Below, piece after piece: positions 26,793 through 41,687 of a DNA stretch of 64,000 nt (position 1 is the first letter of the stretch; each line of letters opens with the position of its first letter). Source of the stretch: Octopus bimaculoides (lineage: Eukaryota); NCBI RefSeq assembly GCF_001194135.2, contig NC_068981.1, positions 141,769,390-141,833,389 of the forward strand, read 5' to 3'. A program made the position numbers and the translations under genes. Under the pieces are notes generated by a model. The model was not told the origin of the DNA. It worked only from the letters and a program-made list of their open reading frames with translations, and did no database searches.

Positions 26793-29355
26793 GAAAGAAG
26801 TCTTAGATGCCTACAGATCCAGTAATAAACCTATTCAGTAACCTATTCAGTAACAACACACAAAAGTCTTCCACTCTATATAATTGTAATAACCCTGATA
26901 TCTCTCACCCGAAAAGTAGCTTTTTTTCTACGTCATTGGTTTACAAATGTAATGTCAGACATAGATAATGTAAAAATGCTATATACAGCTGACTGAAAAA
27001 TTCTTCCGGGGAAAAAGGATTATTATAATATTTATAATGCAGAAAAACACGACAACGTCTACCTTACCATTGTATTATTAAATTTCATCTATAGTTTAAT
27101 TGTCAACTTCTATCGGCTCTAAAGCGGTTGACATCAGAAATAATAATAACCATTTATCGACTACACTATACCACGTTATGCCATGTTATTAAGGTTCCAG
27201 GAGCTGTGATACGTATCTTTCGGAAACATAGGATATTATATGGCAGTGCTTTGCAATTTTGAATAAAAGATCGGAATTGTTTGGTTTCTTGAAAACATTT
27301 CCACTGCTATATGCTGGGGGGTTTGTGTTTACAGTTTAAAATAATTTTTTTACAACCTACTTCATTTGACATACTCTGAAAGATGGTTTATATATTAAAA
27401 AAAACAAACATGCATTCATAAAAACAAAAAACATGTTTCCTTACGTGCTTCTTAAGGTATATAATCTAGAAGACAGGGTAACATTACATGTATTCGCACT
27501 TAAAAAGGAAATAATATATGAAAGAAAAATGATAATTCAACTAATTAAGTTTTTATGGATACTTAGAAAATTTGTTCGGAAACAAATCAAAGCTTATTGT
27601 ATCATTGACTAATGACAAGCCGGTATTGATGTGAAATTAGTTTTGGTTTTCGTATGGTTTCTATACTTATATCGTTTAAGTTAAATAATTGCTCACAAGA
27701 AACTCTAATACCTTAGGTTCTGATTAAATATACACATCATTTTTTTGTTTATAGTGAATACACATGAAGTGTTTGGAAATTTATATTCATTAATGCATAT
27801 ATGTAAACAACCACTCACACACACCGACTGACAAGCTCACCTACACACACACATACACACACACTCACACACACAAACAGTTCTATGTGCGTATTTAGGG
27901 ATGTGAATGTATTTGTCTCTTATACACTTATATGTACAAACATACACACATATAAACACACATACATACACACATGCATACATACATACATGCATGCACA
28001 CATACACACACACATACATTCATACATACACACATACATACATACATACATACATACATACATACGTTTGCATTAATTTGACAAGATAAGGGTGAAACAC
28101 ATTTGCGCATCTAAACAACATACATTGTCAACAATACAGACAAAAATATATATAATTTACTATGCTATAAACCATTGTTGTCTTGTCCCATATTCTATTG
28201 CTGTTATATCTTACAAACAACCCTTTACATACACTCACACACATGTGTACAGGTATGTATATACATATATGTGTGTGTGTGTGTGTGTCTACGTGTATGT
28301 GTGTGTAAGTACAATACACATACTTGTTATTGTTTTCTGCTTTACTACTTGATCAGTACGGTCGATATTACGGTGTGCTATCCACAGAAACCTCTTTGAT
28401 GTGCGGGGGATTGACTCTGTGCACCCTCATACAGCCAAAATATTAGTGACACCTTTTTAAAATACTGTTCAACCAACGCTGTAAATCTTCAGTTATATCT
28501 TCATTTTATCCTTATCGTACATTCTTTTATAATTGTATGAAAGAGGGTATGACATTAATCGCAGTTGTCATATCTATTCATATCTTTTAGTTTGTGTTTT
28601 CTTTTTATATTTTTATCTTCACCCCAAGGCTGGTAAATAATGGAGTTATTGGCTCGCCGGATAAGAATAACTTCCGGTAATCGTTCCGCTTCATGCAGTT
28701 CGATTCATTCTGAGGTTAACATTTCCTTGCAAACCTTTGGGCGTCAATAAATGAAGCCCTCGTCCAACACTAACGTTGTTTTTTTTTTTCTCTTACGGAT
28801 TGTATTCTCATTCAAAAATTCACTTCAATCTGCTTTAAGAATTGCTTTGGAGATACTCGTGCCTGTAGACTATCAAACTACTAAGACGTTAATTTTATAA
28901 TCCAGAATTCTGTAGATTGAATAACCGAATAATCTTTTCTGTAACCGACGGAGAATCCACTACGTCTATTTATAAACAGGTTTGTTTATTATTTATTTAT
29001 TTATTTATTTGCTGTAATGAGAAATACAACACTGTTATGGAACAAAACAACTCACAAAAAAAAAGAAACAACTGAAAATATAATAAATGCATGACTTTGT
29101 CAAGAAATATCTACATGTGTCACTTGTCATATGTCACCTTATACACATTTTATTGCTCAGGGGTCGGATCTCTTACTGAATTCATATTCTCCAGTGTATA
29201 AAAACAAATATGTGTGTGTGAGGGTTCATGTATGTATGCACGCAGAAACACTTACATACACAAACGCACGCACACATACACATGCACACATTAACTATAA
29301 AACAGCATATATTCAAATAACAAATAATAATAATAATAATAACAACAACCATAAC

Positions 29356-29408
<53 letters not shown>

Positions 29409-29891
29409 CACAGGGCCATAGTTGCAGGGAACGTTACAAGGTCAAATTACCAGAACGGTAGTGAGGTGTTCAACGCAGAGTCAAATTATGTACAAACAAA
29501 AAATATATACAATATAATAAAAAAATATGCACATGCAAACTAACGATAAAAAAAGAAACAATAATTTCTAATATGTAATATTAATAAATAATTCCACAAT
29601 GAACGGAAAGAAATTAACGCCGAGTTTTCTCTCGAACTTCTGTCGAGCTAACAATGTTGGCTTTTGCTTCCGTTTGATGTGTAAGTCAACACCGACAAAT
29701 AACTGTGATAACTGTAAATGTCAGTGTTAGTCATTCTAATTAGTGGATCTTGTTTCTTCTGTGTTTTAATCTTTTCATGTTACTCGTTTTACACTTCCTA
29801 TGTCATATACGAATATTTTAATTTGTCTCACACTCGTCTATCGGAACAAACTCCTCAGATTTTGCTTTGATTTCTTTTGTTTGTGCTTAAA

Positions 29892-29942
<51 letters not shown>

Positions 29943-31200
29943 TACACATTTTCTCTTTAGCTTATTCTTTCGTTTCATTTTATGCCTTTTACTGCTGCTT
30001 ATTATTGTGGTTACTTGTTTATTTTTTTCTGCAATTTCTTTTTATGTATTTTAACACCTCATTAATTTTAACACTGGTAAATTCTTATAAACTTTACATT
30101 AGCAGCGAAGGTTTTAATTTTATATTAATTTCTTTATTCTTTTTGTCATTTTACCAGAGTGCAGTATATATGTTGAGCGTGTATGGGTGCTTATTAAAAG
30201 AGGTATACTTACTACTTGATACGGTGGCAGAATCATTGAAGAGTTAGATCGAAAGAATTGCCAGAAATCAACTTTGCTTTTCATTTTCAGTCGATAAATA
30301 AAGTAAAGCTCAGACTATTGGATTTGGCAGAATTGCAAGACAATCGCACGGAGTGACTTGTAGGATCTTTATCCGTTTCTTTGCGTTCTGGCGACACCAG
30401 CTAACATGACGTTGCTACCAAGACTTTGGCGATTGTTTTCATTTGAACAAAGAAATGTGTGTACAAGGTAGAAGTGAGTGCAAACTTGGTCTTTGATATT
30501 CCGTGGTGAAAAAAAAAATCTTGACAATGCTTGCATATTACAAAGAAATATTGTAGATGTTAATCGATAGTCTCACGAGACATGCAGGTCACGTAAGGCC
30601 ATATCCTCATGAGCGCTTGAGCACACGCACGGGCGCCTAGTCACACATACAAACACGCAAACACATAAACGGAGAGAGCGTGCGCGTAAAGAAGATGTAA
30701 ATACATTCACATGAATGTGGTGTGAGTCACATGAATATATATATGTATATATGTATATATGTATATATATATATATGTATGTATGTATATATATATATAT
30801 ATATATATATGAGTTTGTGTGTGAGTGCGTCTGTACATATGTTTCTTATGCATCCGAAAACTGTGTTGTTGATGTTGACGTATGGGGTATCAACAGACTC
30901 AGTAATCTTTCGCTACCAAGTAAACTTTATTTCCATTGGCATATTCCCTACGTTATCTCAACAACCAGCTATAATTGCTTAAAATACACTACTCTACAAT
31001 GACCAGGCTTCATTAGAAAGTGAAAATAGTTTCGCACTTTCAATTTGAAGCAAAATTACTGTGTTGCATTATGAGAGTGTCAGTGTGTGAATAATGAAAG
31101 TAAGTTTTCTCTAAATTAATCACATCTGTACTATAATAGAGGAAGCTGCTTATCCTCTAACAAATCTCCCTCAAAACACCCTACTGTCTTAATCCGATAA

Positions 31201-31308
31201 AATTTCCTCAAGAAGGTTTGAGGGTATATCAGCCGAAACGTTAAGTTAGCAACAAACAAGATAAGGACAAATATCCGTCGAATGTAAAAAATGCAAATAA
31301 TGTAAATA
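31201..31308 (+). mobile_element. Isolated 3' tail of the same hammerhead-bearing family (copy C)
   Basis: ctcaagaaggtttgagggtatatcagccgaaacgttaagttagcaacaaacaagataaggacaaatatccgtcgaatgtaaa aligns with 54436-54520. Confidence 0.75.
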
Positions 31309-31818
31309 CGGCCTATTAAGTAGTTTGATTGAGAAACTGTAACTAAAGATTAAGATTATTAGCCCTAGACTTTGACGGTGTTAAATAGTGGAGATGTTTG
31401 GTGATTGTATGCGGTGTTTACTTTTGACTGTTTCTTCTCAATATGGATAACTGATTGAGAACGAATCCTAACACAACGTATATACTACTTCAAGTGAATC
31501 GGACATCATAAGAGATGCAGAGAGAGGAAGGAAGCGAGACAGCATAGCGACGGTTTTGGCTGACTGTCATCCTGTACTCTCCTTGTTGCTAGTGAAATGG
31601 TATGTGCCGACTGTCTGAGCAACACGTTGCTTTTAATAGAGAAACATACAGGACTAAAAGATTGCAAAAACAGCGATTCCCAATTTGAAACTAACACTTT
31701 TGAAAATCTTCTTAGATTACAGAACACTCTGCTCTCTCATGTATCCATGATTGAACTTTCAGCGCGATCGGATAAACAATACTCGAGTTATAATCGCACA
31801 AACAGACAGACAGAAGGG

Positions 31819-31871
<53 letters not shown>

Positions 31872-31874
<3 letters not shown>

Positions 31875-32760
31875 GGCGTGTGAAAAGTAAGTAGGCATTA
31901 AAAATTGGTGATAAAATCCATATTCCTTTTACAAATTTATAGAATCAAATTATACATGTTCTTTATTACATGGGATAATGACAGTAAATCTACATATTTC
32001 AATGGAAACACCGGTGGCGTCAGCCAGGAATGGTTTGAACAAACCTGTGAGTAACGTCGTCTGGGCTATGATTGAGAACCCACTGAATGCGTGTCTCCAA
32101 GTCTTCCAGTGTACGATGTTTTGTCTTGTACACCTCTTCTTTTGTGTAACTGCACAGGTAAATATCACATAAAATGACATCTGGTCTTCTTGGAGGCCAT
32201 TCATGAGGTCTACGTCGTCCCATCAGGTTTTAGTTCCTGCACATAATGGAGTTTCCACGGACGAAAATTCAATTCTTTATGCAACACCGTATATATTGTA
32301 TATCTTGTTAGCCCACTTTCACGTGATGCTTGATGTATCGAATTTTTCGGGTTGCGATTAAACATTTTCTGCACACTTGCCACATTCTCTGCTGATCGGG
32401 ATGTGGTTGGACGGCCACTTTTTCTTGCATCATTTACAGAGCCCGTTGTCATCAGCTTGGTATGAGAGCTTTTTATTGTCTCCTGGCGTAGTGTTACATG
32501 CTTGCCTTTCTATGTAAGCCACCATCTCTGAAACAAAGCAATGAAATTCTACACTTCATTGCATGCTGCTATCTTAAATTGCTCCTGAACAGTCAAATGC
32601 CCGGCCTTCAGAAAAAGAAGAAATAAGAAACAAGACAATGAGAAAATTAAAAAGATCCCCACTAGTGTTGTCTGTTTAAAAAATATTTTCGTCATTACTT
32701 CAGTGATACTAATAATTCTATAAGCAATTTCTAATACCTAGTTACTTTCCGCCCACCCTG
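31872..32760 (-). mobile_element. Internally deleted Tc1/mariner-superfamily transposon (DUF4817-type N-terminus)
   Basis: Imperfect TIRs: cagggcgtgtgaaaagtaagtaggcatt versus reverse complement cagggtgggcggaaagtaactaggtatt, with TA on the left. Remnants MTTGSVNDARKSGRPTTSRS...LNFRPWKLHYVQEL are fused to HEWPPRRPDV..CDIYL..KEEVYKTKHRTLEDLETRI; most of the catalytic domain is missing. Confidence 0.85.
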
Positions 32761-32765
32761 TGTAT

Positions 32766-32841
<76 letters not shown>

Positions 32842-33778
32842 ACGCACGCGCGTGTTTATCAATTTATGTTGCACGATTCCCAATTTGATATCGTGCTGAA
32901 ACAGATATTGTATTTCGGGATGGTCACTTTTTTTTTTGTTTTCTTGCCAAATAAACACACGTACTATTTTTTTCACTCGTTTATTACTATTTTTAAATTA
33001 CAAGCCATGTCCATTGTTTGGAAATCTTTCATCACACATCTGTGACCTCTTTAACGACACTTTTATATATTTGAATGAAGATAGAGAATGGCAGCTTTGC
33101 CCTTGATGTTTTCTTTTATGAAAGGCCCCAAAGACTGCAGGATGTAGGCTATCCTGAAACCAGTGGCACAACCCAAATACATGCAAAGAAATAAAATTTG
33201 CTCGATTTAACTACGGACCAGGTCGTGAGCTTAAACCGTAAGACTGATTATGTCCAACTCCCTAGGCTTAGGGCGTAAATGTTCGAAACAGATATCGCAA
33301 GGTATCTCATAAACGTTCTGGAAATTCCATCCAGTTACCGACCCTGGACTGTCCCCTTATTTTATCAACCTCAAAACCTCAAAAGAGGACTAAAACTAAA
33401 TATTACCTTCTCGGGATTTAAACCCCGAATAATGAATTAGCAGGCAGCTTTCGAGCAATTATGTCAGTTTTCCCTCTTTTAGCAGCGAATTGGTATTGAA
33501 TGACTCGTGTTTGGCATTGACTCCCTGCAGTCGATGCTCAAATCATGCCGAAGGTAATGATTAAATTTTCAGAATCGGGAAAAATAAGTGGTATCTGTAG
33601 GGAAGGAAATAGTGTAACTCTAAGAATGTCAAGTCGGATGCCTTTATTTAAATCTTCAGGATCTCTACTCTCTGAGTGAAATTCTACCAAGGAGCTTTAA
33701 GAGAAGGCTTACAAAACCTTACTAAGGTAAATACTCGAAAGCAAGGCCAGCACAATCTATTTGCTGTTGGGCACAGAT

Positions 33779-33838
<60 letters not shown>

Positions 33839-34375
33839 CATGTACCTTGGGGAACAAATTAATGAATACATATGAGTGTGCATGCTTGCATGTATATCTG
33901 TATGTTTATGTGTGTTTTTGTGCGTGTGTTTATGTGCGTGAGTGCTTGTGTTTGAGTTTGTTTTGTTGCTTGAACTTTAGGTCGAGAAAGACTCCTTCAG
34001 TCACTTAATGATATAAATGTTATGGATTTGACATTGAAACAATATATTGTGCGATGATACTCGAATAACTAACGTAAGGTCGTTTATAAACAGAGCAACT
34101 TCTATCCTGCAGACTGCTGAGCGATTCCTCTTCGTTTTCTACCGATAACACAGTTCTCCTCGAATGTAGTTGCTTTTATACCAACCCATACACATTGGAA
34201 CACTGAACCAGTAGTTTCTTCTGTTTACCTCACAATATATGATTTTGCTTCTGCAAGCTCTCCTTTACCCCTTTCTCTACCAATGTCTTCTACCCTTGAC
34301 AACAATTCATCCGGAATTTCTTCTCTCCCTCAGTTTTTCCTGTAGCCGTCATATCTTAATTGTACATCACATCGA

Positions 34376-34423
<48 letters not shown>

Positions 34424-34523
34424 NNNNNNNNNNNNNNNNNNNNNNNNNNNNNNNNNNNNNNNNNNNNNNNNNNNNNNNNNNNNNNNNNNNNNNNNNNNNN
34501 NNNNNNNNNNNNNNNNNNNNNNN

Positions 34524-34589
<66 letters not shown>

Positions 34590-37500
34590 GGGAGTGGAAA
34601 CCTTACGTGGAGAAATCTCTCTCTAGTCTGTTTTAAAATCTGTGAACACTGCTCGAGAAAGACTTTTCAATTGTCATCATCGAGTGAAAATTATAGAAAA
34701 TATTCAGAAAGCAAATAAAGTGGTCCTTATCTCTAAAGAATATTGATGAAAACACTGATCATATTTCAAGCTTGCTCAATATCTCAGCATCGAAATACAT
34801 TCGCTTCAATTGGATTCAAACAGAGGTGATCAGTGTCTATAGAAATGAGTGAAATGTACAGACAGTTATCATCAATATCGACCATAGAGCTGGCATAAAG
34901 TACAAAAAGGATATTATCTGTAGTCCAAATATATATAAGGTAGACTCTTATATAATTAATATAGCTTAAAATCTTCGATTTTAAACGGTTATTTTTAACA
35001 TATCCTAGTAAACCGATGGCACAAAAACGCAGGTTTTAATTGATGCGTGAACTCTTGCATATGCATACGATGTATGAATAAGTGTAAATGTATACATATA
35101 TATGTGCGTGTGTGTGTGCGTTTAAATACATACATACATGCATATATACATGTGTGTCTGTGTGTGTTATACACTCTGGAATATATAGCTTTTGTCTACA
35201 TTGAGTTCTCTAAAACTCAGACATGGTGTTTGTTTCCTTCTAATAAGAAATATATTTTCACATTACTAATAATTATACATATACATGCATACACATGCAT
35301 GCACATACCAACACAGATACACACATGCATACGTATATGCAAATCTATATATTTATAGAAAAAGATGGAAACAAATAAAAAGGAAGTAGAAAAAGAAAGA
35401 AAAAAGAAATAAAGAAGAAGGAAGGAAAGAAAGAAAGAGAATATATGAGTTGGGACGCAAATAAATAGGTAGAATATGACCTGAGGTCGGAAAGAGAGAA
35501 AAAGATGTAAATCGGTTGGTGACTTAAAGAAAATGAGACATCATAAAGAAGAAAGTTAATATAATATAGAAGTAGAGTTAAAGAATTCCATAGAGAGAAA
35601 TGAAATGGATTTGACAGGAAGCTAATATGGCAGCAAGCAGGATATATGTTAGTAATATTTAACTTCATAATTGATGTATCGCTGCAATCTCATATTAGCT
35701 TTGTTATTTACTAGAGAATTTCGTATGTGACTGTTGTTTATGCGTTTCTTCTTTAGCACAAAATAAAAAATCTGATTGAACATGTTTATATATGATCAAA
35801 GGCAATCCAACCATGACTATCTCGGCTTTTTAAGGATATGTAGAGCTACGTTATTAGATTGTACAAGATTATTATCTGAAGTTATCTATTTTTCATTGGC
35901 AAACTGTATCATATTTCATAACTATTTTGTGTTTCTCTCAGTACTTCTTTGCTTGTATGGCCATGTCTCTGATTTGCTATGTTTGCAGATATGTTTCTGA
36001 TATTACATAAAAGTACACCATACTTGTCGAAAGGATGAAATTAATATTTTTCTGTATTAAGGATAATCATTAGATTTGAACAGAGAATATTAATTTTAAT
36101 GATTGAAATTTCTGATTAATTTTCTTTCTTTCCATGTGCAGTAATAATCTGTTTTTTAATTTGTTGCAAAATAATTGATTTTGTGTTTTGTTAAGACAAA
36201 CGAAGAATATGAAAAATTATCCGAATTAATACTTGCGCTGTTGCCATCCTATGTCACCTGTAAACATATTTTATAATGCAGGCAAAATGTAAATTCGTTA
36301 GTTTCGGGATAATTTCAATAGAATGGCAGTTTAAATGGTATACAGTAGTTTTTGCTGTCTCTCGCTCTCGTCGACAATCTAACAAAGGCCATTAAGAAGT
36401 CACTGAATCATACTAGTTATGTTGCCCGAATATAATTATTTTCTATGAAACTCAATTTTGTTTCTAAGGGAGAAAAATATATTTATTAGTGGTAAATCTG
36501 AGGGAAATGGCGTTTAAATTTATGTGAGATTTATGTTATTTGTGCCTTCATTTCATCAAGAAATATTCAGTTTCGAGATGGTCTCAAAGAGAAATGGTAT
36601 CGATTCGGTTAATCAAAGTCATTACTAATGGCCATGGAAACATACAATTACATGTATTCCATAGAAAACTAGTGTGCAAAATTAACGCTGCCTAATTGGA
36701 TGAGGATTCTAGAATAACGAACCACACCCAATGACGAACAAGAACTTGATCTGTACTGACAAAAAGGAAAAATCATTGTTTATGAAGCAACAAAATCAAT
36801 TCCAGTGATTGAAATTTGAGGTTAATTTTGTTTTATTTAATGTGCAGTACAACATACTGTAATATTATATTTTTCAATTTACTGTAAAATAATTTAACTT
36901 CCTTTACATTAAAAAACGAAGGATATCAATAATTGTCTGAAATAATCCTTCAGTTGACGCCTTCGTATATCTTATAAATCGATTTTAGAAGTGCGGTAGT
37001 CAGATGTTTAGTGTTTCATTTGGCATCTGAATTTGGAATTGTAGCAATGTATGAAGTGACCCATTGAGAGATAGTCGAGAATGAAATAAACTAAGTTATC
37101 ATGAAGAGCATAAATATTTAGGTTATTAAAATATATTTTTAAAAAGTCATTGGAGATTACGTAACACTTTTGATATCGTTCATTTTGAAAACATTAATCA
37201 GCAGTCAATTAGGGATTCAGCATGTCTAGGAGAATGAGCTCCATTTTCAGTTCAGATATTTAACTTGGAATAATTCCTTTGTAAAGTCAATATTATTTTC
37301 ATTCTGTCAACACCTTGAATTTCATTGGGGGAAATTTCACTCGCACCAAGGTGTCTCATATCAGAGTGTCTACTTTGATTTACTGTCAAAAAAGAAGCTG
37401 TGAATGATATTTATATTTCTACAGTTGAAATGCTATGGATACAGTGAAGAGTATTCGGAATAACATAATTTATCGAAACTGTTCTAAATATCAAATGTTA

Positions 37501-38444
37501 ACAACAGAGATTATAATTAAACACTATGATTTCATCAGTGTTATTGGCGAAAAAAACTCCTGAAAAGACCAAATCTAATATAAAACTACTTGAAGCACGT
37601 ATTTTCGTAATATGAAACACAAACATCTGTGATTGTAATGTGGAAGAGCTAAATGCCCAGTAAGCAACATTTTTTAAAGGAACGATAAAGTAAAATTGGC
37701 GACGTTAATCTTATTAGATGTATACAATGTTTTGGTCGAAATTTGTGTTTTTTTTTTTTTCTTTTTAGTTCTGACTTCATTCACAATTAGCTATTTTGTT
37801 GGATAAAAAGCAAAGGAAAATTGCGTTCAAATGATCAGAAAATGCGATGTTGTGGATTATTATACGAAAAAATAAGAAAGAGACTGCTAAGAGGTCAGAC
37901 AAGCATCATGTTCCCCTGAATGCGTTATGTGAGGACATATGATTTTCAGGCGTGACAAAAGTCAACAACTCTTAGAGAGAAGTGTAACTAAGGAGAGAAG
38001 TGTAAGAAGGTTTCTTTGAATATTAAATTATATTTAATAGTAGTGAAATCGTGTTAACGACTGGACAACTAACTAGAAAATAGTCATCGATTAAATATAT
38101 TTTTTATTCCTTCGACAGTTACAGAATGTTTTAATATTATTAAACAAACCCCAGCACCAAATAGATTTAGATATATTTACAAACACTGTTATCAGAAACT
38201 CACTAAGTAAATATAAAAATGTATATTTAAACAAGACGCGGGAGGCGAAACACAAGTATTAGACCGAGAGGTCTAATAAATATGTTGAGCTTTTCTGCTT
38301 GTTCTGATTTTCCTTCTGTATTTTGTTTATCTACTTTTTCTTTCAGAATTCGACTAATACTTTTATGTACGCTTCTTTGTTAAATATCATTACGCCTTCC
38401 TTTAAATTTTCATTTTATATTTAGTTATTTTCGCAGTAGCAATA

Positions 38445-38770
38445 TTAGGTTTGTCTGAAGTTAGCGAGCTGACATAATCGTTAACTGACCGACTTAGGCC
38501 TCTCACTAAGCGCCTGACCTTGTGCCAAAATTTGAAGCCAATATTTGGTTTGTCTGAATGCGGTGAGCTGGCAGAATAATTAGCAGGCCTGTGATTAGCG
38601 ACATTTTGTTCATCTTTACCTTCTGCGTTCCAGTTCCGTCGTGGTTGAATTTACCTCAACCCTTCGGGTTCGATTAAATAAGTATCAGTACAACACTGGT
38701 GTCGTGGCAATCAACTTATCCCCTCCCCGAAAATTGTTAGCCTTGTGCTAAAATTTGAAGCTACTATTAG
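38445..38770 (+). mobile_element. Two adjacent SINE family 2 copies, one internally deleted
   Basis: Two heads (gcgagctgacataatcgtt; gtgagctggcagaataattagc) and two tails (ccttgtgc..aaatttgaagc), with a direct repeat aatatt(a/t)ggtttgtctgaa. Confidence 0.7.
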
Positions 38771-38934
38771 ATGTGTCTTGATTTTTAAAGACCACCTCGC
38801 TACCCCCACTTCATTAATAACAATGGCGTAAATGTATATCTAACATATGTCAGATGTGATCGTGAGCAGCCCACTCAATGAGTTATAATTTAACTGAGCA
38901 TCCCGCATACATTTCTAACATTAACGTAACCGTC

Positions 38935-39103
38935 AGTATTTCTCTGTCGCTACATTCTGAGTTCAAATACCGCTGAGGTCGACTTTGCCTTTAATCCTTT
39001 CGAGGTCGATATATTAAGTAGTAGTTACACACAGGGGTCGATTTAATCAACTAGACACGTCACCCAAAATTTCAAGCCTTGTGCTTTTAGTAGAAAGGAC
39101 AAT
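38935..39103 (+). mobile_element. 5'-truncated SINE family 2 with a perfect 15-bp TSD
   Basis: attaacgtaaccgtc at 38920-38934 and 39104-39118 flanks the B-box, core and tail. Confidence 0.85.
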
Positions 39104-39879
39104 ATTAACGTAACCGTCTAGCAGAGTCGGTATGCGACATAGTGGACAACGCTGGCTCTTTGAATCACTGACAGACTTCATGCGAGGAGCTTCTACAGTT
39201 TTCTAGGTCCATTCCCAAGTTATAGCTCGACCTGATTTAAAAGAAACTTGATATGCATACGTCGTAGTGGGATCGGATTCGAAAATCGATGATCCGATTT
39301 CAATCTCACCGCCGTTAATTTTGCTACACTTTTATTATTCGAAACCTCCTTGAATATGTAGAATTTGGTGAGTGAGGGAGTTTGATGTTGCTTCTCGCAT
39401 TTGTGTTTTCTACCGTGAGGTAGATTCATCCGGAACATCTTGACAAGGAGACATCCAGTTTTGTTTTGCAATGAGAACATTTGACATGTTTGTAAAGCGA
39501 ACTACATGATTGAAACGCGAAATTCTCAACCGCCCGACTGTTCCAGCTTCATTAAGGCGTGTAACATCTGTATTTGAATCCTCTCCCTAACCAAGAGGAA
39601 AGAAAGAAAGAAAAACAAGACAATTATTTAAAATATCGTCAAACTGATGCTGAAATTGTGTACAGCAATTAATACCATTAATAACAGTTTCTCTGAAGGA
39701 TGTCAGTTACTCTTAGTCCCATTTACTTCTCAAAATACTTTTAGTAATATATTCCAGCGAGGTCGGCCAGTAGAATTGAAAGTCTTTCGAAATTTCCTAG
39801 CAATACCGATTCAACAATCCACAGCTAATAATATATGAAGGAATCTGAGCACGTGTTTATTTGTATAGATACACACATA

Positions 39880-39955
39880 CAAGCACGAACACACGCGCAC
39901 ACACATGCACACACACGCACACGCAAACACACAGACACACACACAGACACACACA

Positions 39956-40043
<88 letters not shown>

Positions 40044-40050
40044 CACATAT
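39880..40050. repeat. (CA)n microsatellite
   Basis: Direct reading. Confidence 0.95.
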
Positions 40051-40349
40051 ATATCCTTCCAATCATACATACTTCATTCATACGTGTACTATTGCACCAT
40101 CACCTTTTCAACATAATATCATTTGATATATGTTGACTGTCAGAACTTGTTTGTCACCACAGAATAAAATACAATAGCATATTTATATTACATGCCAATA
40201 ATTGTATCTAAAAATCTACAGCTGCATGTATTTTATTCCAATACTTTCTATTATTTTTATACGTATTTGTAACATAACATCTTATATTACGTTTCTGTTC
40301 TTTGTATTTTATTCCGCAATAATTATATAGCTTTGTATGCATTGTATAT

Positions 40350-40394
<45 letters not shown>

Positions 40395-40869
40395 NNNNNN
40401 NNNNNNNNNNNNNNNNNNNNNNNNNNNNNNNNNNNNNNNNNNNNNNNNNNNNNNNNNNNNNNNNNNNNNNNNNNNNNNNNNNNNNNNNNNNNNNNNNNNN
40501 NNNNNNNNNNNNNNNNNNNNNNNNNNNNNNNNNNNNNNNNNNNNNNNNATATATATATATATATAAATATATATATATGTGTGTGCGCACGCGCGTGTAT
40601 GTGTGTGTGTATGTGTGTGTGTGTGTGTTTGTGTGTGTCACTCTGTTGATAGAGATAGTTATGTTTTTATATAAACAAGTCTGAATTTGAATGATGCTGA
40701 TTTTAGTTTCATATAAGGAAAGCGTTCTAGTCGTGGCTGTCCACTACAGCCTATTTCAGCAACAATACATTCATTATGGGTAATATTTAGCAGCTCTGTC
40801 TTGAAAGTAGAGTAAATGCGTTGTGTCTATCACATTTTTCTGCAGCATATTATCTTTGCTGAATTCATT

Positions 40870-41090
40870 TATCTTTTATCTTTTACAATGTTTCGTTCAT
40901 TAGACTGCGACCATGCTGGGATACCACTTTGAAGTGTTCTTTCAGTCGAAGAAATCGACTGCAGGACTTATTCTCTTTAAGCTCGGTACTAATTTTATCG
41001 TGTCTATTGCCGAAACGTAAAGTTACGGGCGAATACACATACCATCATCGATTGTCATGCGGCGGTGGGGGGATAAGCACAAACACACAC
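40870..41090 (-). mobile_element. SINE family 1, diverged 3' half
   Basis: tagactgcgaccatgctggg...gaaatcgactgcaggacttatt...gccgaaacgtaaagttacggg is a recognisable variant. Confidence 0.7.
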
Positions 41091-41262
41091 ACGAACTCTG
41101 CTTTATATATATAGATTATTGTGTGTGAAAGGATAACGTAAGCGCATTCTATTCTTTTGATGGACAGGGAAATATGTCCCATGATGAACCATTTTATTGC
41201 TTGTTGACCGTTCCTCACAGAAGGCATACTCAGTTTCTTCCACAGTTTGTAGTATAAAATAT

Positions 41263-41355
41263 TCAAATAGTTACAAAACACCAAAGTAGCACCAAAGCAG
41301 ATAGGAACACAGGCCAGCTAAACGTCGCAAGAGAGATCTCTTTCAAGTCTGTTTC
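41263..41355 (-). CDS. Candidate terminal coding exon with a hydrophobic C-terminal tail (ETDLKEISLATFSWPVFLSALVLLWCFVTI*)
   Basis: Acceptor ccttgttttcag| at 41356, 30 open codons, TGA at 41265-41263, AATAAA (minus) at 41198-41193. Confidence 0.35.
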   Translation of the reverse strand, partial: ETDLKEISLATFSWPVFLSALVLLWCFVTI

Positions 41356-41632
41356 CTGAAAACAAGGTATGTCAAGTTCTTTATAAAATGATAGGATCTA
41401 CGGTGGAGAAACTGGGAAAGTTAACAAGCTCAATTTACGATACAAGAAAAGAATTACACAGTGTGAGGCGGCTGCTGTTATCGATAGGCCTAACTCATCG
41501 TAAAGTAAATATCATCATGACCCATATCCAGACTACAGATGATCAAGCAATTGGGGTTTCATATCACTGAGGGGGGAGCAGTACGCATTGATGCCATCGA
41601 GAGGTAGGTCCCGAAATGGCGCTCTTTCTCAC

Positions 41633-41687
41633 CTGATGACTCCATACACTTGCTGGCTTCGGTATGCGCAGATTTCGACTGGTAGCA
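41633..41687 (-). CDS. Candidate 55-nt internal exon (ATSRNLRIPKPASVWSHQ)
   Basis: Pyrimidine-rich tract then AAG acceptor (or an in-frame CAG 9 nt downstream), donor CAG|gtgaga, 277-nt GT-AG intron to the exon above, frame compatible. Confidence 0.3.

Noticed and set aside
34070-34360. GKTEGEK-like RTE C-terminal motif on the minus strand
   Set aside because: Too short to separate from chance.
39150-39560. Possible Tc1-like N-terminal remnant on the minus strand
   Set aside because: Resemblance is too fragmentary and no TIRs were found.
41246-41372. Plus-strand acceptor and donor pair (ccacag ... AAG|gtatgt)
   Set aside because: All three frames contain stops; at most a non-coding antisense exon.
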